Shown: positions 25,937 through 38,355 of the stretch, one piece after another
Layout of the letters: the number at the start of each line of letters is the position of its first letter
How positions within the stretch are numbered: the first letter of the stretch is position 1
Assembly (NCBI GenBank): GCA_964247055.1
Contig: OZ176054.1
Span: 5,704,001-5,768,000, forward strand
Direction: 5' to 3'
Source of the DNA: Paragordius varius
Taxonomy: Eukaryota > Animalia > Nematomorpha
Length of the DNA stretch: 64,000 nucleotides
Notes under the pieces: generated by a model
The model's database searches: none
What the model was told of the DNA's origin: nothing
The model's input: only the letters and a program-made list of their open reading frames with translations
Program-made: the position numbers and the translations under genes

Positions 25937-27546
25937 CACAGTGCGCACAAAAAAAACAAAACATGATTTTATCTAGAATAATAAGAACTACCTAGGAAAA
26001 TGGGATACCAAAAATTTAGAAACAAAAATGCGCCCCAAAATAGAAACCTTCCTTTTTTGACTAGAAATAGATTTTTGTCCATATTTTTTAAACTTATTGA
26101 GCAAACACCATTAAACTTTTATATATTATATAAAACCTAATATATTGTTAAGAAAAACATATCAAATTATTTTAAAACTTCGATTCAAATTGGGGTATCT
26201 AAATACACCAGACTAAATTTAAATTAGGATTTTTACAAAACTACTGAATGAAACGGTCCCAATTTAAATTTATGCTTCTATCCTTATAAAAATTACATAA
26301 ATATGCCAAAATATGTAAATAAAATTTTGTTTTGAAAAAAAAGTTCCATCTCAAACTACTTCGACGCCATTTTTATTTTAAATTTTTTTTGCAAAATATC
26401 GTCTTCATTTAATATTAAGGGTAAAATTAAAGCTATTAATATACCCTGATTTAGAATCGGCCAAGCGGCCCAAAAAAATATCAAAGATAGTTCCCAAGCC
26501 TCCCATGAAAGAGATTTTAATGGACTTAATAGAAGATTCCCAAGACGATGGTAACATATAATTTAATCATAGACTTTATTCCGATCGAAGATGAAATGAA
26601 TCTAGATGCTCTGCTGAGCTGAGTAATACAGCCAGGTCCACAAGGCTAAGTATTAGGACCGGAATACTGACAGGAAAAAATAATTAATATGAACGTGAAT
26701 ATTGTAAAAAAAGCTAAAAATTCTATTGAATAAAAATTAAATCCATTTATTATCTGTTTTTCAATATATATGCCATTAATATTATTTTTACAAATAGAAT
26801 TTTCTTTAATAAGCTAGATATAGTGTATAGCAGGTAATTATTTGATTGGCAAATAAAGCTATTTATATTTCCGATGCTGCCTTCTGCATAAGGTGTTTAA
26901 TTAAATTTATTATCTATAGATTTAATAGTATATAAACATTTATCCAAAGTAATGTAATGGGAATTTCATAATTTTGGAGTTTTGCTGGTTTTTTCTGTAT
27001 TCGCATTTGAAAATTTCGGCTTTATGCTGTTATGAAACAATGAGAAGCATTTGAGGAAAATGAAATAAAAATAACGAAATTATTCCAAAAAATACAATTT
27101 TTTGAGGGACTTCAAAAGATACATAGCCTTTATTAGACATACCAACTCTTTGGTAAGTTTAACATAAGTCATAAACAAATAATAATAACAATATGGAGTT
27201 TTTACAAATAATTTTTTTAAAGATATTTCAACAATGTCATAAAATTTACGATTTTGTGGAATTAAAACATTTATTGATACTTTAAAATAATTTTATGTAT
27301 TATTCTTAAGAATATGTTAGGTTTTATATAATATATAAAAGTTTTATAGTGTTTGCTCAATAAGTTTAAAAAATATGGACAAAAATCTATTTCTATTCAA
27401 AAATGAAAAAAGGAAGATTTCTATTTTGGGGCGCATTTTGCCCCTAAATTTTTGGGGTCCCATTTTCCAAGAGATTTTTTATTATTCTAGATAAAACTCA
27501 TGTTCGTTTATTTTTTTACCCCCCCCCCCCCTTTACGCACACTGTG
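25937..27546. mobile_element. 1.6-kb long-TIR (foldback) element with CACAGTG termini (Transib/RAG-like end)
   Basis: Inverted arms of about 240-265 bp (25937-~26177 and ~27281-27546); CACAGTG at 25937-25943 and CACTGTG at 27540-27546; no clean TSD and no ORF. Confidence 0.7.
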
Positions 27547-27804
27547 ATAGAAAAAATGTTTAGTTTTACACATTTATTGTTTTTATCTATACGCTACTGT
27601 ATTGACAATTTGCCAAAAATAATGTCAAGTGATCAACGATAAGGAATTGTAAATGTCTGTTGCCATGTATGAGATTAAATTTACTAGTTACATATGAATT
27701 TTGTATTTTTTCTCCCAATTTTCAAAAATTTAACTGCGATAAAAACGAAAAATCTTATACATGGCTAATGACATGTAAATTAAACCATTTAAAATACAGA
27801 TATG

Positions 27805-30800
27805 CAGTGGCGTACCGAGCATTTGCAACGCTATGGCGCCCCTTCCCCTCCTTCTCTTTTTAAAAGCTAAAACAATTTAGTAAAAAAATTACAAACGTCT
27901 TGCTTCATTAAAATTAATTTAAGGATCTTGCAATCTATTACTTTTATGTTTTGGCCTGATTACACTGCTCAACAAGGTTTTGCACCACCCTCTTATTTTT
28001 GCATTTTCTGATACCTAATGACATGGAAAGGCCAAAACAAAAAAGAAAATTGAGGCCACCAATAGGATTATTCCAAACTTTAATTTTTAAATTTGTATTT
28101 AATTCAAAAATAACAATCATTCCTCGTGTACATATGTTTAAATATTCAAACAAGCAAGTCGATACAAGTAATATACCATGCATGGATAACAAATTCTAGG
28201 CATTAAATAAGATACTAAACAAGCTAAGAGCCAAAGTATTTAAAATCTAAAAGGGGCTTATGTATAGTGTGATAGATATGGGCGGCTGCACAAGCTCTGC
28301 ATATTCCCCAAGCGATCCTATAATTATGCCAGATATGACAAAGATAACAATAAGTAATCGTAAAGCCCGATAAGAGAGACTTGCAAGCAAAATCGTGGCA
28401 AATTGACATGTCAAATTAATCAATTTACAGAATAAAGTTAGATAAATTCTACAATTAAATTGAATATAAATTAGGTAAATACAAATGGTCCAATAAATTA
28501 TACTAAAAGTGGCTACACAACATCCATCTGAAATTCAAAATACAAAACAACCAATAATATTAAAAAAATAAGGTATATCTACTAGGTATAAATAAAGGAT
28601 TTTTTATAAGAACCAACTCAAGAGAAAAAGTCTAATAAGTACTCGAAAGAACGAAAACTAACAAAAAAAATATAGCCTATCTGAAAGCCAAAGGTTTAAA
28701 CCATAGAATGCCTTTTTTAGTATTTTTTTAAAAAAATTTTATATGTGTTAAAAATTAACTTGAAAAAAAAGACTAAATTTTGACGTTTAAGTCCGTACTA
28801 TTTTTTTCTCTCTGATATTTAAATGACATATTTATATTTAAAAGATAGAGTTTAAAACGCTTTATTAAATGATATTAAGTTTATAATATAATAACATTTT
28901 ATTATAAAGTTATATTTAATTTTCTCTCGATTTTCTCTTGTTTTTGAAAAATTGAAAAACCTATAAAATTTCAAAATTCTGATTGGCGGGATCAAAATTT
29001 TTTTCATATTCGGTTTTAAAACACTAAAATTAGTCATAATTTAAAAGTTTGAGTGGTGTTGCTTAAAAATGTCCAAATTTGTCGACTAGTGTTATGCATG
29101 CTTTGTATTAAGTTAGAGTTTTTGATCGTTCAAAACCGGTCTGATTGTTTTCAAATGCAGTCACGATTCTTCTAAGTATTTGGCCAGAAAAAAATTAATG
29201 TTAAAATTGAAATTTAAAACACCCTGAAGTAAAGCGGATGCCTTACTTCTTGTTTCATTGGTATGAATTATTTTTACTTAAATCTTTTAATAGCTCTATC
29301 AAATCATCTATTCCCTCAACAATGGCATTAACTGCTTATATTTTAACATTCCATCGGGTTTCAGACTCACGCTTAACAGTTTTTTTTAGTTTATTTTTTA
29401 ATATCATTTAATAGTTTAACGTGAAAAAAAAGATAGATATTTTCAATTATTCCGAAACAGGTGCCAACAACATCTTGTTTTGCCTACTAAATTCAAGGAA
29501 TGATTGTCACAGTTGACATATGTTGCTCTTTCATTTTTTTTCCAGAATTATTTGTTGAACGCCTGAAATGTGACCCGACGTCACAGCTGCATTATCATAG
29601 CATTGAGATCTACAATTCGATAACTGAATTATATCCATATTTAGATTTTCTAAAATTACCTTTTCAATTCACATTGCATCTTTGTTGAATAAGTGAAAAA
29701 AACCCAAGAAAGATCTTTTATGACAACTTTTTTTTCTCATAAATAAACACATACCATCTTGAGAAATTTGTTCTCGGTATCTGGCCTTGAATCAAATATA
29801 AGTCCATAATATTTACTTTTTTTATGTCATCGATCAATTTAGCTTTAATTCTTGAAGCTAAAAGATGTATAAACTCTTTGGGATTTTGGGTAAAACAAGG
29901 ATAAAGTATTAGGAGATTCAATGTTTCTTATGTGTTCTACAATTATTGGGTCAAACTGAGCTACAAGTTATAGTAAAGATAAGAGGTTTCCAGGATTTGG
30001 TGCTGAGCCATCTAGAGACATTATACTTTGAACATGTCCTCGAAAAGAGAGATTTTGGGTGATTAGAAATTTCATGCAGCCAATATTCGATGTAACATAT
30101 TTCGCCATCGATCCTTTTCCAATTGTATGTGAGGTTCTAGAGCAGAATCGATTTCTGTTTGATTTAACAATCTTCTTTCTGCCTCTTTCCTAGTAGTCCT
30201 TTCCGACAATTGAGGCTATTTTTATCGTGGATTAATTATCTTTTTTCCTCCATTTATTAAAACCATGCGTAGTTATGAAAGATGATGGTAAAGAGTTAGA
30301 TTTATCAAAAAGTAAGCGACAAAAATACGCAGATTTGTTCTTTGGTGATATAATAGCCAAGATCTCTCAACTTCAAATCCTTCTTTTTTACCGACACGTC
30401 GAAAAAACCAAGATTGGAGCATTGAACGATGATTTTTTGTTTCAAAAGGATTGCATTTTTGAAAATCCTTGAGATCCAAGAACAATCATTTCTGTGCGAA
30501 ATGGATTAGATATTACGGGAACATTATTATTAGTAAATTCTAAAAAGGCGACATCATTAAACTGTATAGGTGTAGCGCTTGTAATTACTAATAGTATATT
30601 TGTAGTTTTCTCATTTCTATTTATTAATTGAATAACTAGGGTTTCAGGTGTATTTAAGTTATAATTATTAAGAGGTACTGTTATATTTGTGTCGCAACTT
30701 TTATCAATGTTATGGTCAGATATTTTTGTTAAAGATTTCATACTCATTCGCAATTTATTTGTTTTATTTTTTCTGGAATTTTTCCCATTTGCGTACCGCT

Positions 30801-31297
30801 AAGTTTAGGCATTGATATCTGATGAAAATCAAAGTAATTATATACTATATTATAATAAAAACCTACCTTGTCAGAGATGGAATGATCTTGTGAAATTAAA
30901 TAAATAAATTTGCGTTTTGAAATTGAATAGGATTAAAATAAATATGCAATTTTAAAAAATAATAGATAAGGTTTTGAACAAAGAGAGAAATTAAAATAAT
31001 TCAATTAAAGGCAAAAGAATTAACATACGTGATAAAGAAACGTTTTTTAAGCGAAAAAATAAATTGCACATGTAGAAGTACTTACATAGTTTTTTTTGCA
31101 TAATGTTTGCTCTTGATCTCATTTAGATAGTTTCATATTATTTTAGGGATTATTACGTAAATTGTTGAAACATCTTACTCGAAAGTTGTTATTATTTTTG
31201 CATATTTAAATTTAATTAAAAAAATTATTTAGGCGATCCTAAATAACGGCGCCCGGGGCATGATGCACCCCGTTGCCCTCTCCTCGGTACGCCAATG
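27805..31297 (-). mobile_element. Full-length but decayed hAT transposon (ZMYM1-like/DUF4371-type transposase pseudogene)
   Basis: TIRs CAGTGGCGTACCGAG / CTCGGTACGCCAATG; perfect 8-bp TSD CAGATATG (27797-27804, 31298-31305); minus-strand fragments with FLITQNLSFRGH (~30040-30075), LIFDSRPD and SETRWNVK (~29345-29370), broken by stops and frameshifts. Confidence 0.92.
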
Positions 31298-32032
31298 CAG
31301 ATATGGCTTATATAATAGAGCTTGTACTATATTTTGAAGCAAACAGATGCAAGAGGTAGTAATATTTATAACATATTGTTTAATAGATAAAATATATTAT
31401 TGTTAAAGTTTAAGGAAAGGTTGAGGAAAACAAACACATAACACTAGGTTATCATAGTGCGGATCAAGCGGGACACAATAAAACTAGACAACAAATTTTG
31501 ACTTTTAAGTGCCATTTTTGTAAACTTAAAATTAATTTTAATCAAGTATATAAATAATATATTTGAAAAAAAATGGTCTAACACAATTTTTTATCAGGGT
31601 TTATCGAAAACTTTTGGCCCCGATTTAACATAAACTCGAAATTAAAATTAAAAGTTTTGGCTATATAGACAAATTTTTACAGACCAACTAATGTAAATAT
31701 TTTATAATTATTAGAATTACATGAATATAAAATTTAAAAAATGAAAAGGCTTTTGGTTTAATTTTTTAATAAAAATCATTATTATCAAAATTATATTACC
31801 TAGTGGATACTATGCATAGTTTTAATTAAATTCATAATGAAAAAGATCACGAATACCTAAAACTTTATGTCTAATATGTGGAATTTTATAATAAGCATTT
31901 ATAAAGAAAATAATTAATATTTATAGGATGATTCTAACAACAAAAAATCAAAAATGGCTGTTTTGAATGACATAAAGAAAAGAATTATATTTATTGTTAA
32001 ATGATTTTTTTTGTCTAATATAATAAAAACAA

Positions 32033-35028
32033 TGCTTTTAATCGAGTGGGAAAGGTACGGTATACCTACCCATCTCTTATCGATCTTTTTTACCAAAAAC
32101 ATTGATTTTATACCTTCTCCGAATATTAGAAATAGTTAGATTCTATTCCTTACATATCCATAACATATTTCCTATTCACATTCTCCCATTCTAAGCACAT
32201 TCTGCTAATGTTGAAATCACGTAATCTCAGCACCGCATCGCCACATGGAACTTACGTGGAGCCTACAACAATCACAAACTAGATATTGTCGTTAACGAAA
32301 TGACTAAGCATAAAATTGACATACTAGGAATTTCAGAATCACACATTCCCTCTACCGGAACTTTAGAATTTGACAATCATATTTTGTATTATTCCGCCAC
32401 GACTCGTCAAAATACAACGGTGTCGGCATAATAATGAACAAAAAACTAGCTAACTTATCGGACATTTTTAATCCAATCAATGATCGTATTATCGCAATCC
32501 GCATACAAACAACCCCTCAACCCATTACTATCCTCCAAATTTACGCACCTACATCCTCTTACAGCGATGACGACTGTGAAAAATTTTATAGCGATCTCGA
32601 CTTGGCGATTTTCCAAATTTCAAAAAAGGATATCATATTTATCTTAGGCGACTTCAACTCAATCATCGGAATAGACAAAACACCTCCTATGACGGGCGTC
32701 ATGGGCTTGGGCATAAAAAATGAGAGAGGAGACAGATTGATTGAATTTTGTGCTAACCATCGTTTCTTAGTCGCAAACAGCTTTTTTAAACAGCCCAAAC
32801 GACGTCTATACACATGGCGTTCCCCGTGTCAAAGATACCGTAACCAAATTGACTTCATATTAGGTATGGTAAAATACAAAAGTTCATTTCATAATGTCAA
32901 ATGCCTACCAGGATCGGATTGCTACAGCGACCACAACCTATTGATCGCTAAACTCCGCATTAAATTACAACTTCCTAAAACATCCAAACCCACAAGAACA
33001 AGATTAGATTATAATACAATCGACGACAAGTTTAGCACCGCTTTATCAAATCGTTTCGATTGTCTTGATCATAATTCCGAAAACTATCAAGATATAAACT
33101 TCTTTTGGAACGATACATATACAATCTGCCGAGACACAGCTGACGAATTCATTCGGCCTCTCAAACGCAATAAACAAAAAATAAAATTGTCAACCAAAAG
33201 TCTCGAGATCGCAGAAAAACGTAAAGAATCCAAAATCAAATGCAAATGGGATGAATACAAACAACTAAACAGTGAATTTCAGAAGAGTGCAAGAGAGGAC
33301 ACAAATAAGTATTATGACCAACTATGTGAAAAATTAGAAACAGACGCCAAAAATAACCAAAACCTTTTTGCCCATGCAAACAATATTATTCCACACAAAA
33401 AAGTTTTTTATAAGGGACCTATGAGAAACGACAACAACTCAATCGTCACTGAAAAAGACGAAATTCACAAACTATGGCATAAACACATAAACAAACTATA
33501 CAATGTAAATAACCCCCCGACTATTAACGAACTTACTCAACAAAAAGAACCACCTATTATGAAAGAAGAAGTGGAACTCGCGATAAAACACTCTAGCACC
33601 AGCATATCAGAGAGCCACAGAGACATCCCTACTAAAATAATAAAATATATTCCAATCGATATACTCACCAAATTATTTCGAACCATATTTGAGATGGAAA
33701 AAATTCCTGAGGATTGGTGCACATCCATTATGATTCCGATTTTAAAAAAGGTAATCCAGAACTGTGCGACAACTATCGCACCATAGCGCTCATAAACCAG
33801 GTGTCCAAAGTTTTTCTAAAAATAATACAGTTTCGTCTAAATTCCATTCTTGACCCCGAGATAATCACGATTCAGGCTGGTTTACGAAAAGGTAGAGGAT
33901 GCCGAGATATGATATGTAATATGAGGTGGATAATCGAGAAACACATCGAATTTAACAAAGAATTGCATATGTGCTTTGTCGATTTTTCCAAAGATTTGAT
34001 TCCATCCATCATAATAAACTACGGAAAGCTCTAACATCCTATTTTCAATTTATTCAAATTCCACGGCTGTAATATCTACACCTCACGGTATATCTGACTC
34101 ATGTAAGGTACAAGTCGGCCTCCGTCAAGGATGCGTTTTATCACCAATTCTTTTTAACGCATACCTGGAGTGCATTATAAGAAATATCCCACAAACTTAC
34201 GGCATCAACGTAGGTGGGAACCTACTTACTACCGTTCACTACGCGGATGATACAGTCTTATTCGCAGACAGTGTAGACACATTATCGCAAGCTTTGCAAG
34301 TGTTTACAACTGAATGCATTAAATTTGGATTATACATCAATTTCAAAAAAACAAAAGTCATGCAAATAAATCTGGCTCAAACCAATCCAATAATCCTCAA
34401 CGGCAACCAGATCGAAACAGTTAGCAGTTACACGTACTTAGGTAACATTATTAATAATGAGAACAACTCTACGCCTGAAATAAAGCGAAGAATTGCTATT
34501 GCTAAAGCAGTAACTTTTAAATATAACAGGATTTGGATGTCACATGACATTAAACTACAAACCAAAATCAGATTAATCAAAGCTACAGTTTTCCCCACAT
34601 TCATGTATGGGGGGGGGGGGGGGGGGGGGGAAAGCTGGACACTGAAAAAATATGACGAACGTCTAAAAAACTCTTTCGAATTATAAGTTTGGAGGAAACT
34701 TCTTCAAAGAAAATGGATAACAAAGTTTCAAACACCATCATTCTAAATAAAATTAACCCAGAAATGTCACTTCTAGGCAGCTTAACACGGCAAAAACTCT
34801 CCTTCTTCGGGCACATTATGAGATCCAACTCACTTGAAAAATCAGTGAGCTGGGGAAAGTGAGTGGTGCCCGAAAAAGAGGGAGAAGACGAACTCGTTGG
34901 ATGGATAACATCCTCAAAGAAACCAACCAATCATTATCCGAACTAAACACCAAAACCGGAAATCGCAGTGAATGGAGAAGCTTTATTTTCAATGTTGCAG
35001 TTTGGAATCGACCTTAGCAAACAACAAC
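32033..35028 (+). mobile_element. RTE-type non-LTR retrotransposon (APE endonuclease + reverse transcriptase), near full length with frameshifts
   Basis: IATWNLRG, ILGDFN, NQIDFIL and SDHN (APE); NYRTIAL, QAGLRKGRG, GLRQG and YADD (RT); (CAA)n tail; possible 11-bp TSD AATAAAAACAA (32022-32032, 35029-35039). ORF pieces 32434-33786, 33714-34034, 34294-34686. Confidence 0.93.
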
Positions 35029-35048
35029 AATAAAAACAAATATAATTA

Positions 35049-35077
35049 AACTGTCGCCAGAAAAAAATATCCTGACG

Positions 35078-35115
<38 letters not shown>

Positions 35116-35676
35116 GTATCAAGATCCTCATTTAGCTTTTGGTTTTCGGTCTTACGAATAATATAGAAAGTTACTAACACTTCTATGGTAACTACTCCAT
35201 ATGTCCATATCAAAAATAGCAAAATTTGCGCACATTATGCTAAAAAAATTTTGTTAAGCCAAATGCTTCAATCCAAAAAATATCTTAAAATATATAATAA
35301 ACTATATTATAAAAACAAAAAAATATTTTTATATAATTTTTTAGATGTGGGCGCCTAAATCTAAAATGGGCTAGCTCTTTGAAAATAAGTAACCAAGATT
35401 TTGCTATAAAATAAAAATATATTTGCTACTTGAAATATCGTTTTGATTTACTATATAATATATATTAATGATATTTTTTGGAAAGCATTTAACTTTCACA
35501 AAAAAAATATTCTGTTCACTAATTTTGCGATATTACAATATCGGACATCTTTATATGTGCTTATAACTTTCTTATATTACTGGTAAGCCCTAAAAAGCTC
35601 CATGAAAACACTGATGCACAGAATATATATTCTAGATCAGGATATAATTTTATACCCTACGATTTTGTGCGCAGTG
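35049..35676. mobile_element. Long-TIR MITE copy A (same family as copies B and C; Tc1/mariner-like ends, unclassified)
   Basis: Palindromic arms share AAAAAATATCCTGA...GCTTTTGGTTTT...AGAAAG blocks with 35907-36300 and 42698-43823; includes a (TA)n at ~35080-35112. Boundaries approximate. Confidence 0.6.
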
Positions 35677-36938
35677 TTTTATATGGTGCAAAATTAACAT
35701 ATAAAGCTGGGCCTTTCAGAAAGACAACAGTTAAAGTTTTTACTTTTATAAGGTATTTATATATATATATATATATATATCTAAGCTCCATAACTAAATG
35801 GTTTATAAAATTCAAAGTCACGTTATTTTTGTATGGCGGCGTATTTAATACAGTACGGAATATTACTCAGCTAATTAGTTTAAAAAGCCTTCTGGTAATC
35901 GCTATACATTGCGTCCAAAATCGGGGGTACTAACCTGATGAAATATATATATTCTGATAGGAAAATGTATCAAGATTATCATGGTGCTTTTGGTTTTGGG
36001 GTTTACGAGTAATATAAGAAAGTTTTCCATTTTGTGGTAAGTGCTCTATATCAATAAAATTTGAACACATTTTTTGTGTTGAAATTTTTTGGTGAAAGCT
36101 AAATGCTCCATTATATCACTAAAATATATCATAAACTACTTATAAAAAGCAAAACAACATTTTTATAATCTAATTTTTAGATGTGGGCTCCGAAGTCCCA
36201 AATTTGCTTTAAAACGGGCTAGTTCTTTTAAAATAAACAAAATGCCAAAATTTTTAATTATATTATTAATATTGAGATAAAAAAAATTTTTTTAAAAATC
36301 CAATTTTTAGCAAAAATTTGTTGTAGCTACTTTCTATTATTTTTAGGGATAATGAAAACGGTATAGAAGCGCTTTTAGATTTTGTAAAAATACTTTCCTA
36401 TATAATTTAATGATGCTGAATATTTCTGCTTTATAAATATATTTCAAAGGTTCGTTTACTTTCAAATTTTGATGAATTTTTATTAAAAAATACATTTTAT
36501 ATCTGACATAAATTTGAAGACGAACGAATAATTTCTGAGGTGATATACATGTTCAGCATCTACAAATTATGTAGAAAAAGTGTTTTTATACCGTTTTAAT
36601 GATTCCTAATACTATAAAGTACGCCTCAACAAAATTTTGCTAAAAATTAAATTTTTGTAAAAAGTATGTATTTTGATGTCAAAATATAGTATATATTTAA
36701 ATTAAAATGTTATCGTGCAATCTTGGCATTTTTGCGTTTATTTTAAGAAAACTAGCCCATTTTAAAGCAGCATATAAATTTAAGACTTTGAGCCCACATA
36801 TAAAAATTAAGATCTTAAAATTTTGCTTTGCTTTTTCTAGATAGTTTATACTATATATTTAGGGATATTTTTTGGAAAGCATTTAGCTTCCGCAAAAAAA
36901 TAAAAATATGCAAAATTATTGTCATTTTCTGATATGGA

Positions 36939-37280
36939 TAGGGTGACCAGACGTCCCGCTTTTTCACACTATGTCCCGCGTCCCTCTACGTTTTTGAAAT
37001 GTCCCGCTTTTTCACGATTATATAAAAATCTGTCAAATTTTGACAAATTCTTGTAAAGATTTCTGCAATATTTAGAAAAATGATGACAATCTGCTAAAAC
37101 GCATTCCCTCAAATAAAAAATATACCAAAAAATAAAATATTTTTTTATATTTATAATGTATTTGTAAAAATAAATAAATATTACAATAAATTTTTTGTAT
37201 AAAAATTTTTGGTCGTACCCCCCATGCCCCCCTTTCTCAGATTTGTCCCGCTTTTTCCTTCAAAAATTCTGGTGACACTA
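36939..37280. mobile_element. 342-bp hAT MITE (TAGGGTGACCAG type)
   Basis: TIRs TAGGGTGACCAG / CTGGTGACACTA; perfect 8-bp TSD GATATGGA (36931-36938, 37281-37288); internal GTCCCGC repeats. Confidence 0.9.
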
Positions 37281-38150
37281 GATATGGACCACCTACGTGT
37301 ATATAACTTGCTTACATAACTCGTTAGGGTCAACACTAAAAGCACCATAATAATCCTGTTACATTTTACTATCACACAATGCGCAGCAAAAAAATGTTAA
37401 TGAATCGTATATCATTCGATAGCTAAATTCTTCAGCATAAATAATATAGTAATTATATATATGCAGTTAAAATACTAGAAAAAAAGTTATTTTCATTTAT
37501 CTGATATTAGCCAAAATCAAGCATTTTTATCGCATATTAGGTCAAATAAAATTAAATATAATAGATGAAATCGTGTCAACGAAATTTTATTTGTGTTAAT
37601 ATGCATAAGGATATTCTAAACGCAAAATATTATCAACAAGATTTTACACTTTTTCGGAGGGTCCCAGAAAGAATTTTAAGAATATTAACTAAAAATTACA
37701 CTTTATTGATGCAGTAAAAGATTTTTTTATTAATTCAACTATAGATTAAATCTATATATAGAAATTTTTCAATATATCACTTTCAAAAATAGATTTAAGC
37801 CTTATATAAAAATAAATTTTTTTTGATAATTTGCACCAAAGCGGAAGTTACGTAGAATTTTACAAAACATTTAATATATATATTAAAAATATGTTTTCCG
37901 TACAATTCGATGCAGAAAAAAGATCTACCATCTCAGATTTTTATGGAATTTTTATGGCCTAAAACCGGTATTAAAAGCCAAAATGGCGCCAAAAATATAT
38001 AATTAAGTTTTTCGGGTTAATAAATAGGACCACAAGTAATGTCAAATACGGTTAAAGGACAAATTTATATGTTCGTTGGTATATAATGATCTATATATAT
38101 ATATATATATATATCGGATATAATTAGGTATAAATGTACACATATATCAA

Positions 38151-38355
38151 TGTGAATTACTTGCGTTTCTACAATTTATTCAAAGTATAATAATAATAAT
38201 TTAAAACGTGGTGGTGAGGTTAATCTAATATAATAATACTATAAACGTAAGTTACGAGGTCAATTTATTTATATATAACGAATGTTGTTTGAGCGGTTAA
38301 TCTAATAGTTAATATAAGGTTCATTCAAATTAGCCTGTCAGTTACCACAATAACA
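38151..38355 (-). repeat. 3' LTR of the Gypsy element
   Basis: Direct repeat of ~41670-41871; adjacent to the polypurine tract. Confidence 0.88.
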
